A stretch of 61,392 nucleotides of DNA, the filler included, from Choristocarpus tenellus KU-1152 (taxonomy: Eukaryota; Protista; Phaeophyceae), in the NCBI GenBank assembly GCA_964200185.2. It is 10 parts of 10 records of this genome, joined end to end, with 100 filler letters (N's around TTAATTAATTAA, not from the genome) between each part and the next. Parts side by side here need not be neighbours in the genome. Positions count along the whole stretch, not along the records: positions 1 to 7,011 come from CAXNAD020006869.1; positions 7,112 to 17,080 come from CAXNAD020003234.1; 8 more parts are not named here. One strand, written 5' to 3'. A model generated the notes under the pieces. That model ran no database searches and was not told where the DNA came from. It worked only from the letters and a program-made list of their open reading frames with translations. Numbering within the stretch: position 1 is the stretch's first letter; each line of letters begins with the position of its first letter. Positions 1 to 13,200 of the stretch are shown piece after piece. The position numbers and the translations under genes were made by a program.

Positions 1-906
1 CCCCTCCCAGATACTTTGGGTCACATCCGTCATATGGTTGATCTTGTCCTTGGTGATTTGCAGGAAGGACCTTTCCTAAACAAATTGTGAATTGACCTGA
101 TGTAGAAATATTGTGCACAATTTTCTACTTTACTATCTTGCTATTGTATCATGACCGTCTTCAAACGTAATGTGTTCTTCATCCTAGCAACGTTGAAACT
201 ATGAAGAGTAGTATTGTGTGAAGTACTCTTGACCACTAGAGGGTACCAAAGTTGCTCAATTTTAGCCTCATAATGAAAATCGCAGTTTATACAATGGGCA
301 ATACAACACTGACATGTAGCCTTTGCATGGTATGATCACTTTTTATTACTTTTGCATGTTTGTACAACCATTTTATTAAAACTGCAGAGGAATTGTGGGT
401 TCTTACGTGCTTTCAACAACATAGACTCAGAACTATCTCGACAATCTATTGTAAAATAACGACTACAGCAAAATGAAATTTATAACAGGAATGGGTGTGT
501 ATTGATAGGACAAGGGCAATTCCACATGGCTAAGTGCAGGCCTTCAAGCTAAATGTTTCTTAGTTGCAGTACCATCAGGCATCATTGTCAAGACTTGAAT
601 TAAGACAGTTTTTTGGGGGAAAGTTAAGTGTAGCAACCACCATGAATAGCTGCCCAGTGGTAGGGTGTTCCTGTATCGAACTATCCAGGAAACGACTTCA
701 ACATACTTCCACTATTGTTGTGCTGTACTTCACAATGTGCAGTTGGAGTAGTAATGCCTGAGGATCCTGTGAAATATTGTGCAGAGCGACAATATGACTC
801 GATATATCTCAGAAAAACTGCACCCCTTGTGATTGACAAGGTTGGTCTAACACATCACCCCTACGCTCTTTCACTATGTGTGTGTTATCTTTTTGTGCCC
901 ATGCAG

Positions 907-2825
907 TGAAGGATCACAAGGCCTAATTGACAAACGCTATGCAACTCATAAGGTACGGTTGTGTACACTGATGGCATTGTTTATCCCTTTTGAGACTCCA
1001 GATTCACAGTCTTTCCTCTACCCTTCTTTTCTGCTTAGTGCTGTTCGTGTCCTCGTAATTGACTCTTTCCTTCTTTCTGAGAATGGCATAATAGCTGAAC
1101 GCAATAGTCAAATATTGATTAAAGGAAGGATCGGGTCCTTTCCCCTCTCTCCCTCCCTCGTCCCCTCGGCCTCTAGGATCGTGTCCCCTGTGCTCACTTT
1201 TTGCAGACAGGGACCTGTGCCTATGGTTTGAAATGTCACTTCAGGCACATTTTCAAGGTAAAGTTCATGATATTGTGTTATATACTGATAGGGCGAGAGA
1301 GTTCAGGGGTTCAATATCCCACTCAGTGTGGAGCATTTATAGCCAGGATCCTGCTATTGCAGGTTTGCACAAACAGCATGCTCTTCCTAATCTTGCGACA
1401 ATCAGCCTCGTTACAACTTTTCACATGGCCTTGAATTCAATATTGTGTTGATAATATCTGTTTCGTGATTTCCTGGGCACCAAATTTTGGTGCCAGTGAT
1501 ATAGTATCCTAGATTTTGGTGGTGTTGAATATAAGGAACTTCTGTGACTACCTTCTGGCACACGTGCTCCCCGCACCATGGAGGGCAATTTCGCGCTTGA
1601 ATGGACTGACGCAACAGACGCCAGCATTCCATCCCAACATACGATCAGATTAGGTTTCAGTGGCAAAAAAATGAACGAGGGTGGTTGGAGTGTGACATGT
1701 GCTGTACATTAGCTCAGGCATTCATATGTGCAATTGCATTACTGTTGAGGAAAACTTGATGTTAGAGATATGTTTCGTACTTTCGATCAGTGTCCCCCTT
1801 GGTGTTGGCTATGGAATATATCTCAAGGCCTTTCCCACTCTACATACAAGAACTACTTCACTTGTATATTTTTGCTTTATTGAGCAATAAGCAGCATGTG
1901 GGAATAATATCTATCTCTTCAACTTCGTTGCAAATTTGCATGTGTTGTGCGCCAATGGACTCTTTGAAACAGGAAGATGCATCATGCAGCGCCTCTGAGA
2001 AGAGGATAAAGCTTTCTGCTCTGCCAAGGCGGTATGGTGCACCCCCCTGCAGCTTCTATGTGAGAACAGGTGTGTCATGTGTGCACAAAGGTACACATTT
2101 TTTGGGATTGGTATTTTGTTGTGCAGTATTGCGTATCAAGCCATGTAGGAATCGATCAGCAACAGGAGTGCTAGTTAGAGGGACCTTGTGCCTGGTCTGT
2201 GTTATCACTTCAACGGTGTAGACATTCTGGTAGCAAATGCAAGAGGTGGTCGAATACTTCACCGTATTGTGACGATCCTGAATGCAGTGGTGTTCTATGC
2301 TGCATTTTGTTTCGAGAGAGGAGAATCAAGTACTAAGTTACCAAGAGCAGAAAGTTGCACTATGACCAAGAACACTTGATGACATGAGACTGACTGTGAG
2401 ATGGTTTTTGGTCTAGGACTTCACCTAAAAGCCTGGCATCCGAAAACATCAAACTCATATCCTGCACTTGGTATTGGTCTAAGCAGTATGACGCTATTCA
2501 ATTTTGCTGTTATTTCACTCATAGCAATTCGCCGTGCCCTCTCCACAACTTGTTCCCCCTCCTCATTCTGCTCGCTTTTGTGAAAGGAAAATGCGCATAT
2601 GGCTCAAAATGCCGGTTCGACCACCCCCAGCGACACATCCGGTTCATGTCCAGCAGTCAGATTTACTCAGATCACTACTCTTCCCTCTCCACTCAAATGG
2701 ACATGCCATGCCTAGTTGCCAGCCCTGCTGCCACTTTAACACTTCCTCAAAGATCTTTTCATCACCATGAACGCAGGGAAAATAGTCGCTGGGGACCACA
2801 GATAGTGACACACGGATCCAAGTGA
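907..2825 (+). CDS. CCCH (C3H1) zinc-finger RNA-binding protein, multi-exon, 5'-partial
   Basis: Exon ~907-950 (EGSQGLIDKRYATHK) and exon 1177-1257 (DRVPCAHFLQTGTCAYGLKCHFRHIFK, C-x8-C-x5-C-x3-H). Exons 1973-2069 and 2587-2825 join to give LPRRYGAPPCSFYVRTG|KCAYGSKCRFDHP, a second CCCH finger. GT-AG boundaries with matching phases. Confidence 0.8.
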
Positions 2826-3426
2826 GCTGGGCATGCAACGATTTGAATCAAAGATGAGTTCAACCCTTCTAATTGCATTATTTCCCTTTGATCCAAATCT
2901 CACAATATCTGGAAAAATCCACTCTTTCGTTAGGGACGAACTTTTATTGGCAATAATTGTGGTAACACAATACTGTGCAGAACTGACACTACATATTTTA
3001 CACTATTGCTTTATACATTCGAGGAGGGGGTAGATAGTATAGCACCAATGGTGCTGAAAATCTTGTACACAGATGCAGAGTTCGTATGGGCTGAATGTAA
3101 TTTGGAGGAAGTGGCATCGCTACTCATAGGTGTAACCAACACCAGCACCTTAAAGTCTGATGCTTCTAACAGTAAATCACTGTCTTGCACACCATTTTTC
3201 ACCACTATTCACCTAATGTTCATTACATAGTCGCATTTCTTCGTGTTTTGAGTTGTTCCAGCATTGGTTACTCAGGACAGGAATTGGTGCCGTTAATTTC
3301 TTTGCTGAAACCTTCATCAGCTAGATACCTAGGAAGAACTATAGACATCACCTCTCAAGGCAACATCTCATGGATAAATTCCAAGTGACTTTTGTTCGTT
3401 TCTTCCTGTGGTGGTGCATACACTTC

Positions 3427-3431
<5 letters not shown>

Positions 3432-3468
<37 letters not shown>
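3432..3468. repeat. (TA)n microsatellite
   Basis: About 18 TA units. Confidence 0.95.
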
Positions 3469-3471
<3 letters not shown>

Positions 3472-4949
3472 CAGACACACAATGCATGGTGAAGATAAGT
3501 TTACAAATATGTGGCATTTCTTGGGTAAATTATCTTCGTAGGTAGTATATATTGTATTGTTAAAGTTTCTGCCATATAAACTCTGTACACACAGATATCC
3601 CTAGCATCTGTGAGAAAATTGTATATTTTAACGGTTGTGGGGTTATCAATAGTCCAAGACCCATTGCGCTGGAAACAGGTCTGGTAACAATGTCTTCCTT
3701 GATCGTTTGTACTGTAGCTTCTTGACCTTTGTTCTCTATTTTCCGTACATAGGACTGAGCAGTAACCAGAAATAGAATGGAATCGTACAGGTGGGCCATA
3801 ATGGATAGTAAGTGCTACAGGGTAGAGCTATAAGTAGGTGCTGCTGATTCATTGTGATTACCGGACAACTAGCAACGTTCAAGATCACAAACAAGGAAGA
3901 GTACTGCGCTAAACCTCATGTGTCACCGGTCTGCCACAGGTTCAGGCTGATCTGTGATATCTAAGATAGACTGATAATACAATAATGCAGAGTGCGAGTC
4001 AAGAGAGGAGATGTCTGTTGTTGTGCCAGATCATGAGTCCTATCTCTGGTAGGGGTGGTAGATTTGTGTCCTGTACTGCTGTGTAAGTAATATTGTTGTG
4101 AATCACGAAAACTTGTCCATTGAAGTATCTGTCTCAGGACATTCCAATTTTTGTTGTGAATCAATAATAGTCAGGACCAGTTCTTACTCTGCTTCTTACG
4201 ATTTGATTGACTACTTTCAATCAAAGCTGAGGTAGCTCCACAAGGCTGAACGTTTATGGTGCTAGTGAGGGACCCTACTGGAGCGAAAAGTATCACATAT
4301 ACCTTTGTGACCTCTTTCTCCACTCCCAGGAACATTATCGCCTGCCACATTTGAAACGGGGTACTAGCCCATGTCTTGCTCAAGAAGGCAGTTAAAGAGC
4401 TATATTTTGTCTAATATAGTCAAGACGTATGGTGACAGATGTAGTTAAAACTACACCTGGACTTGCGTTAAGAAGGTGTTCTAGAAAAGAGGGAAGAATC
4501 CCACAAGTCGGTCAACACAACTTCAACCTGCCAAATTGATCATTTGGCCCCTATAGACCTACGAACTCCACCAACCGTTTTGAACTAGGCCTCCAATCAA
4601 CGTAGGTATGGTTCACTAGGTGCTCACTGTAGATCTCACCATGAGTACCTGATTCAAAATTATAGTAACACTGAGCCATCAGTTTTAGTCTTCCTCATCA
4701 CCTCACTCCATATATGCACTCATTGTTCCATAACAAGCGAGGGTGTTGATAAATCACAACAGTTCATTGGGATTAAGTTCGATTTGCCTATTAACTGAAC
4801 TGAAAATATCTGGTTGTTCAGTTGGGCGGGGGATTTAATTACAAGGGTCAAAGTATCTGGGGGGGGAGGGGGGGTCTGCACTGGGGTGTCCAGATGGACC
4901 CTTGTATAGTGGTAGAAAATGGTATGAAAATGTTGGGAAAAAGGCATAT

Positions 4950-7011
4950 TCGAGAGACTTAAGTCTTGGAAGGTTGGTCTTTTTCGGTAGGATATTGCAT
5001 AGTCTGCATGTAGCGGATGTACTTAGCGCTTAGATTTTGCAAAAGTAGCCTTTGGGGGGGTCGATTTCTGCGGTGGGGTGTTTTGGGATTTGGTTTATGG
5101 TAAAGTGTGGATTGGGTTGGTTCATCTCTTGTGGGTTTATTGCCTTTATTGAGTAGGATAAATGTTAATTGAGGCAGGAATTTAGTGTTTGTCGTATACA
5201 GCGTTAAGCAATATGTGCTTGTCAATTGACTAAGGGGGCCTCGTCAACTTGGGAGGGTTGTGAAGGGATAAGTATATGTGCGAATTCTATGTAGTTAGGG
5301 GATGCGAGGGGATGAGTTGGCGACAGGTGTATTACATTCGTGTTTGTATATTTTGGAGGTGAGTAAATTATGTCCTTTGTGGAGTGTGGCATGTTATATC
5401 AATGTCAAAAAAGCGTCTTACGCAGAAGAGGGGAGTGTGTGATCCTTGATATTGTGTTCATATATATCGGGTACAAGGAGGAATGCCGCATATTAGAAAC
5501 CATGCTAGAAGGGGGACGCGACGAATTCTTTCTATGCTGATGTTTATTTTATTTGTGATGTGAGAATATCTGCTTTTTCTCAAAAACACAGAGAGGTAAT
5601 TTAAACTTTCCGATGTTAAAATTCTATACATATATTTCAAATTACACCATGTAATATACCAGTAGTCATAAGGAAAATATTTGACCAAGAAACAGGTTCT
5701 AAACGTCTACAAGTAAATCGACACAATATCCTAAGGTTAGGCAGCACACGTATACCTAGATGGAACGACATAGACGTAACACCCAATGAAGTTAAGTACA
5801 AAATGAACCCTGCCTCAACAACACATGTCCGACCTCTATTATGATGGGACAGGATGTCCACGGGAGGTATGATGTCCTGGATGGATGAGGAGAGGTGGTG
5901 ACACACAACTAAGAATTTGGAGAAGATTGTAGTGCATCGGATGCGCTGCAATCTCTGTTCCATAGTACGGTGATATAGGACTGGTCCTGAACCGGGATCT
6001 CGGCCCCGTGTTAGGCTCCATGCTGTATGTACTTTGATACAAGGGCACTTCCACATGGGGTGCTTAGTCCAGTTACAAATATTGCATGTTCCATCCACAT
6101 AAGAAGTTTTATACCACCTTCTGAACCACCCGTGGACTGCTCACCAAGGGGCTCAATGATGGTCCTCTCACACCTGGGCGGTCATACTGGAATCGTGGTG
6201 GGGGGGTTCATTTATATCCGAACTTGGACACATAATATGGCATTGTGTGTGTGAAGGGCGTATGGGCAAGTTGCAGACGTTGAACATAGACGAGAACTCG
6301 TAGATTGAGAGAAGACATTTTGTTTGCATGTTGATGCATGGGAGAGGATGGTATGTGCATATGATATTAATGTTGTTGAGGTTTAGCGTTGGTTGAACGT
6401 TGTTCAAGCTTCGGACCAGCATGAAATTTCGTACAGGAGGAAGTCCATCATATTGAAAGTGCCCTCAAGTGCCGTCTTCACATCTTGAGAGTCGCATCCT
6501 TTGCCCTTGTCACAGAAGTCGCAAGTACAGGCGCAAGTGCGTTGCTCATCATCACCAACCACCGTCCGAGAGTTTACTTTGTTCCAGTTTTCCATCAGGC
6601 ATTGGACCAATAGGTTGCTGGTCACGTGGTGAACGCAAACGCATATCCGGTATTATACGCAAGAGAAACGTTAGGGAGGGTCTCGATTGTTTTTTCATGA
6701 CTTGGCAAGGGGTAAAGTGTTTGATTAGACTCTTCCAACTCTATCGGACAGTTACAGGTAAAATATGTATGGAGTAACGGAACAATCAATTAGTGGTTGA
6801 GTTATCACAACCTTTTACTATTGATTAGTTGAATGAGAATTTTTCTCATGTAAAAGGAAACATTTCTGATTTTATGGGGCCTTGCATGCCCCACCTTAAT
6901 TTAATCAATCACTCTACTGACATCAAGCAATCCGCTGGGTTTATCACATTTATCCTCTTTGATGATTTTGGGGATACTTTAACACAATATATTGAACCTT
7001 AGGTTTTCACC
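4950..7011 (-). mobile_element. Degenerate TE-like coding remnant (possibly non-LTR)
   Basis: Broken, protein-like frames with Cys clusters (CNICNWTKHPMWKC; CACTCDFC) and no splice-consistent model. No diagnostic RT motif seen. Confidence 0.3.
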
Positions 7012-7111
7012 NNNNNNNNNNNNNNNNNNNNNNNNNNNNNNNNNNNNNNNNNNNNTTAATTAATTAANNNNNNNNNNNNNNNNNNNNNNNNNNNNNNNNN
7101 NNNNNNNNNNN
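7012..7111. other. Artificial contig-joining spacer (also 17081-17180, 20792-20891, 27427-27526, 32834-32933, 38761-38860, 42054-42153, 47077-47176, 58564-58663)
   Basis: Identical 100-bp N44-TTAATTAATTAA-N44 block, giving stop codons in all six frames. Confidence 0.99.
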
Positions 7112-10100
7112 CACCTCCACCACCACCTCCACCACCACCACCCGCCCCAACTACTCCCTCCCCCTCCACAGAAAACCTAGGCCACCTACCACCACATCCT
7201 CCATAGTGGAAACTGTAAACATAAAACCTGGAGTACGTAGGGACCCAAGGAACTAGTCCGGAAAATCTGATTGAAATACATTTGCATTTAGAGCCCTTGA
7301 GCATGCTGTCAAAAATTAACATCGATTTCAACAATTTCAGGAGCTAACAATTCTTTTCGCAATTTTTCTCATTGGGGTGGGGGACAAAAGAAAAGAAATT
7401 TCGAAGTTCCACTGTTCTACACTTTTACTAAGCTAGGTGGATATTTCTGCCACACCTTGTTTATGTCGGGGCACTTCTCAAGAAGAGCTGGTCCAACCAC
7501 CCTCACACGTTGGCTTACTAGCATTAACACCATGCTCACTACAACCAAACTCAGGGATGGTGAGTGTGGTACTCGAGCCTATTTCAAACTGTGCTGGAGA
7601 GGCAGGGTGAGGGCGCAGCTGTTCTCAACGCATTGAACAGGCGGTTCTCAAAAACAGCTCAGTCGGACCAATCCCAGCCTTGGATGCTTGGTACGTTACA
7701 CACCACAAACCACCTTTCAACAAAAAAAAAACTTGGAGGTGGGGTGTGTGGAGCTCGAGGTTGTTGCGACAATTATTGCTGGTGATATGCATTTTTTGTG
7801 CTCAAAGTTCAATGAGGTAAGCACCCGACAAGATCACTATTTTTCTCCTTGAAGGAGTGATATTTAGTTCTACTCCCTGAGTGTTTACATATATGTATGG
7901 CATTACTATTTCTGACTTCTACAAATTAAAGGAAACAACATAAAAACACACAAGCCTATCACAATGGTACACATGTACACATGTACACACTTCAACTCAA
8001 CATCACTCCAGTAATTGTCCCAATTAACATTTATAGTATTGCCGGTTACGTCTATTTCCTTTAGTATGTTGATTTCCATATTCACACTTTTTGTCTGAGA
8101 TGTCCCAAGTGCCTCGGCTATTGAGCATTCAGATTATAATCTCATATCCTCTATCATGCCGCATGACTCTACTTCTGAAAGGAGATCCAGGCCGTTTGGA
8201 TCCATTAGTTGATCTCAGCAGAGATATGTAGAGTCATCACTGATGGTGCCTCCAACGAAAACAAACTTTCCAGTGTGATTGGCCTGAAGCCCGGATCTAC
8301 ATTGTGTCTTATACCCTTTTAAGAATATCGAAGCCATATAGTTTTGTCTTCCGCTTGGACAAGATCATCCTAAATGCCCTTGCCACTTCTGAAAATTCTA
8401 TCACCCTAGACAAAATGGCTTGGTTCTCCTTCTTGCACAGAACATTCGGATTGTCAGCATGCATGATAATGACTTCAGTATTTCGCAAAAGAAGGTGGCT
8501 CCCTCGAATCCAATGCAGTAGTGGAGGGGCCTCTGAAATTGTGGGAGTAGGTTCCAAATAAGGACCACACGGTGAGACAGATGAGTCAAAATAAACGAAA
8601 GGTACCCAGGTTTTGACAATTTCGCATTTTATGTCACCTTTTTCGATCTTTTGCAATTCGCCCATATTTCTGTGGGTGAAGTGCTAAGTTTGGCTTGAGA
8701 GCGTTGATCTCTCTATTGCTTGAAACTTTTTTCGACACAAGTCAGAAGATATCCCACACGCAAAAAAAAAAAGTCGGATGTTCTACATATTTTTCAGCAT
8801 CCTAAAAATATAAGTAGACATACAGTAATATAAGTCACCATATCTGGGTACTTCTTGTTCACTTCGATTGAGATATGGTTCCTCTTTCCTCCTATTTATG
8901 CATCTCTTAGTCTGTGTGTGTGTACCGGTATGGGTTGATTATTTGTTATGGTGTGTAGTATATTTCTGTGGTTCGTGGTTTGTGCATGCCCTTTCACATT
9001 CCATGGCATTTCTGATGACTTTGTGTCGTGATGTGGTCTTCGTTGTGTCCGCTGCAGAAAACAACGAAGCCTAACACAGAAACCACCCCCTGAATCTACC
9101 CTCCCACCTGCCTTGCTGGTGGCTAAGTTGAATGAGGATATCCAGTGCGCACCCTGAGTATATTTTAAACTTACGTAATGGGAGGCTTGTGTCACAGCTA
9201 CTGAATGACTGGTTCGGATTCAGGAGGGGTGACGGTGGGTCCGTAGAGGCTTTTACTTCCTTGTACCTGGGCAAAGAAAGCGGTCAATTGAATATCATGA
9301 GTGTTCTATCCAGCAACGCAGATTAACCAGACGAATGGAGTCCTGAAATCGAGGTAAGGAGAGGGAATCTACGCTATTCCACGCTGAGGAGCGTGAAGAT
9401 TGGGAAAGAGAGAAGAACCTGGCAATAATACCTTGGACAAAAGGTTGCCGTGCTTTGAGAGAGGTATAAAGAGGGTTCTTTCAGAAGTCTTAAAGGCAGA
9501 AGAATACTCAAGCCTTTCCTGAAGGTGATCATCTGAGGAAGTTGTTGATACACTAACTCTTAGAAAAAATTAGTTGGAAAGAGTCGGTGGGGGCAATGTA
9601 CCTAGTTGCATGTACCCCCTAAATATGTACAAGGGTGCATTAGCCAAAGCTCAGGCTACCCTGGAGGAATTGAGAACACCAAAACTGCATTACCTAGCGA
9701 AATATGCAGTATGAATAGAATTGTTGCACGTCATTGATGTGTCTCAAAGAAATTCACACAAGAAGAGACTGCAATGAGTCCTCAACAAAATCCATACTTC
9801 GCATTAGGTTCTTTCCTAGAAGCTGTACATAGTACGAACATGAACTGCTACTCAATCGAACAAGTAAAGTAAACCTCTCCTCACCAGCACTTATTAAGTT
9901 GATGTCAGCAGCGATCTAGAAAGGAGTACCAACAATTTTGTTTTACCCATAAGAAGCTATGACAACTAACACCTCTCTCTCTCTCTCTCTCTATCTATCT
10001 GCATACGTTCACACATGGAGCTCAGCACCCTACAACATTGTGTGCCACACTTCAAATAACCACAGAGTATACACATCTATAACAATAAACATGGTACATG

Positions 10101-10207
10101 GGGATAGGAGCACAGATCTGGAGTACACATCCATCATTAGAGATGAGGCGTAGGGAGACTCAGACACAATTCAAAGCATTGGCAGAGTTGTGAGCCACCT
10201 GTTGCTA

Positions 10208-13200
10208 TCATGCAGCTTTCCCAAACACATCTCTTTTAGGGGTGTTTGGGTACAACTCTTTCAAGTCCTGGTTGGCAAGGATTAATGAGCGGATAGTAGA
10301 GTACTTCCTCTCTCTTCCATCAACCTCTACCAGGAAGCTCCCGTTCTTAATTGGCACAAGAACATGTTGCACCTGAGTTGCAGTAGAATCGAGAGCAACT
10401 AATGAATCAGGAGCTGTATCAACAGTGCAAAGGGGCAAGTAATGTGCACTGAAAAACAACTCTAGTAAATGGAAGACAGACTTTACAAAGCATTAATGCA
10501 ATCTCTTTCTGATGAAACACTTGACAGAACAGATGATGACTGCATGTGAATGATTGAGGTTAGGCGAGCATACAAAGTCAGGAAGACTCCAGGACCTCTC
10601 TGCTAGAAAATTGGCAATTTCAGGCATGACCTCAAAAAACAAGTGGGATTCAGTGGAACAGTACAACAAAGTCAAGTCAAAATATTGACCACGGCATCAT
10701 AAATCCTTCCTACAATTGCACTATCTTGCTGAACCAAACTAAGCAACACAATTTCCACAGGAGGTCTGGGCTGCACAAAAAAAAATATGTAGAAAATACG
10801 TAAGATCGAAGAATATTTTCATCATTTAGGGTTAGAGCACAGGATAATACAAGCATCAATTACACCCAACAGGACAGGGATAGGCTTAGTTTGTGCGCCT
10901 AGTTCAAATTGACAAGACTTCCCCTCCCTTTTATCTCGACTACCCTATCAATCTTAGCTTTAACAAGATGGTACTATTTATTGATAGTTGTAAATGAGAC
11001 TGTCGGGTCATCAGACTTACCACTAGACAAAAATGAAGCAGATGTTTGCTTGGACAAAATACAACACACTACATTGACTGAGAGCAACTGCAGCAGTGCA
11101 GAATATGTGAAAGGATTGGTTGGTTGCTAGATGAGACGTACATAGAGTAAATGGCAACATTCCAGCCATATTTTCATTTGAACCGACGACCTGATACAAA
11201 TTGAACCAAAACGACACTGAACAGAAGTGTTTTGGTGAAACCAGTTTCTTTAAACGGAAAGTCATAATCTTGGAACTATACTATCTCCAGAAATCACTTG
11301 CTCTTTCAGCAATCAAAGCGCAGCAGTTTACTGGTTTATGATTCGTGCACAATATCACCAGAGTAACATTGATAATCACAAAAATAAATGCAATAAATGC
11401 TACCCAAGAGACCAAAAACTTGACATTGATGAGAAAGTCTGAATTAGAACCAACCTTGGGGGACTTTGATGCATGGACATAAACAATCACCAGCCCTGGT
11501 GTCCTTGTATTTGTGCTCGCACGCAACAGAAATGTTCCAGGACTTGACCATTGAAGGAGGACTTGTGACTCATCTCTGGTGAGGTGGAAATCAGAGATGA
11601 ACTCATGGTTCTTTGGGTCCCAGTACAATTTCTCCTGGCAGCGAAAGTGCAAGTATAGTTTGAAATGTGATTTTCTTTCAGTTATTGAGCATTTTGAAAC
11701 AACAGGAGACCACAATATTTCAAGGGTGTCATTTTAATTATCACACTCTCGATCATTCAGAGCACACACCTTCATCATTCTTGACCTCAGGGACATCATG
11801 GATTTATACCATGGCCAGAACTCTGTCACGAAGTTCTCACGCTTGACATATCCATCCGTGGTGGTTGAAAGTTGAAATGGTGACCATAAAAATGGTTTTG
11901 CTGCCTCCTTTGAATTGTACTCCTTATCCTGGAAAAATGGCAGACCGAGGTCCAAAACAAAATCGGTCTTAGTTCTGTATGCTGGTGAGCAGTGTTTAAA
12001 GGTCAACATATCAATCTCGCCCATTGTCTATAAAACTGCCCTATTCAGTCACCTCATACCATTTAAGAAGTATTTGAAATTTGAGCGTAACAAGAAAAAG
12101 AGCAAAAAACATGGCATGAAAGTGTTTCAGGGAGAAAAAAATTGAATATCAAGTATAACACAAACTGCTATTACCAATCACAAAAAAGAAATTTAGCTGG
12201 CACTTTTTACTACTAGAAAATGCAGCACACCTAATCTAGCTCAAAACCTTCATCACCAAATACACAGAGTACATGTTACCTGCAAACAGTGCTCCATCCC
12301 TCCAACCCCCATCACTGTAAAGAAGTGTTGCTCCAGCTCCTGACTTTGTACATGCTCTAAAGGCATTTGAAGGTCAACCTCACCTACTGCGGACCTCCTC
12401 CGCAGCAGTCTCCTACCCAAATTGGCCCACACTCTCTGCCCTTCAGTAAGGGGTGGCTCAGGTGTAGTACGCAGTTGAGATACCCTACGAAACCTTGGAA
12501 AATGTGTAACATCTGCTGACATCAAGACGTGACAAGAGTGCACAAGGTGAAAAGAAGCGGTGCATTGAAGGTTTATGAGCCAACGATGGCAGTACAATGA
12601 ATGGTATGAAGACATTAGTACAATACTGAATATTTCTTTTTGTGCCCCTTGGAGCATTCAACAGCAAAACTCTCGTCCTCCCGCGTCATGACAATTGCAT
12701 ACTAAGTATCAGGTATATCTGGGTCAAAGTGAAGAATAAAATTCAATTCATTTGACACTCACTGGTATTGTTGCACTCTTCCACTTGTGCACTAAATGTC
12801 TCCCCCAGCTCAAAATACCTGACGGGGGTTAAAACCAATCTGATCAAAATTTTGAGCTCATAGCAGGCACATTTTCATACCAAAGTAACGTTGGAATAAT
12901 TATAACCTATACAACTCTCTCTGGCACAGGGATTGATCAAAATGAATAGATTGTTGAAGATTTGCAACAAATGCTTCATTGGAAAATCCACAAGTTTAAT
13001 ATATTGTAAAGTGAGACGACTCAAGAAACAGAGGTCGCCAACACAAGTCAAACATAAGCATTTTTTCAATTCAACACTAAAAACCAGCATGGTATGAGTG
13101 AGGTGCAGTAGAAGAAGCAATCCATTTTGTATGTCATTTTGGAGAGCAGGGCAGTTACACTCTTGCTCACAGTGGTGATGCTATGGTGGTCAGAAAAGGA

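Noticed and set aside
3985-4065. tRNA gene
   Set aside because: Only a degenerate B-box-like segment and no cloverleaf; at most a decayed tRNA-derived SINE.
7056-7334. ORFs with poly-Gly/poly-Pro and X runs at contig ends (also 20573-20839, 58612-58926)
   Set aside because: Artefacts of poly-C/G tracts and N spacers.
8100-8665. Host gene from the 118-aa ORF 8309-8665
   Set aside because: No recognised motif, stop codons interrupt the continuation, and there is no splice model. Probably TE debris.
10208-12484. Canonical STAT transcription factor
   Set aside because: No DNA-binding domain or C-terminal Tyr, and the upstream in-phase exons encode STAND motifs.
12763-12818. Extra exon of the STAND-SH2 gene (YFELGETFSAQVEECNNT)
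   Set aside because: Good splice sites and a correct entry phase, but it exits in phase 1 while the next exon needs phase 2. The direct 14108-to-12484 splice is in frame. Left unresolved pending RNA-seq.
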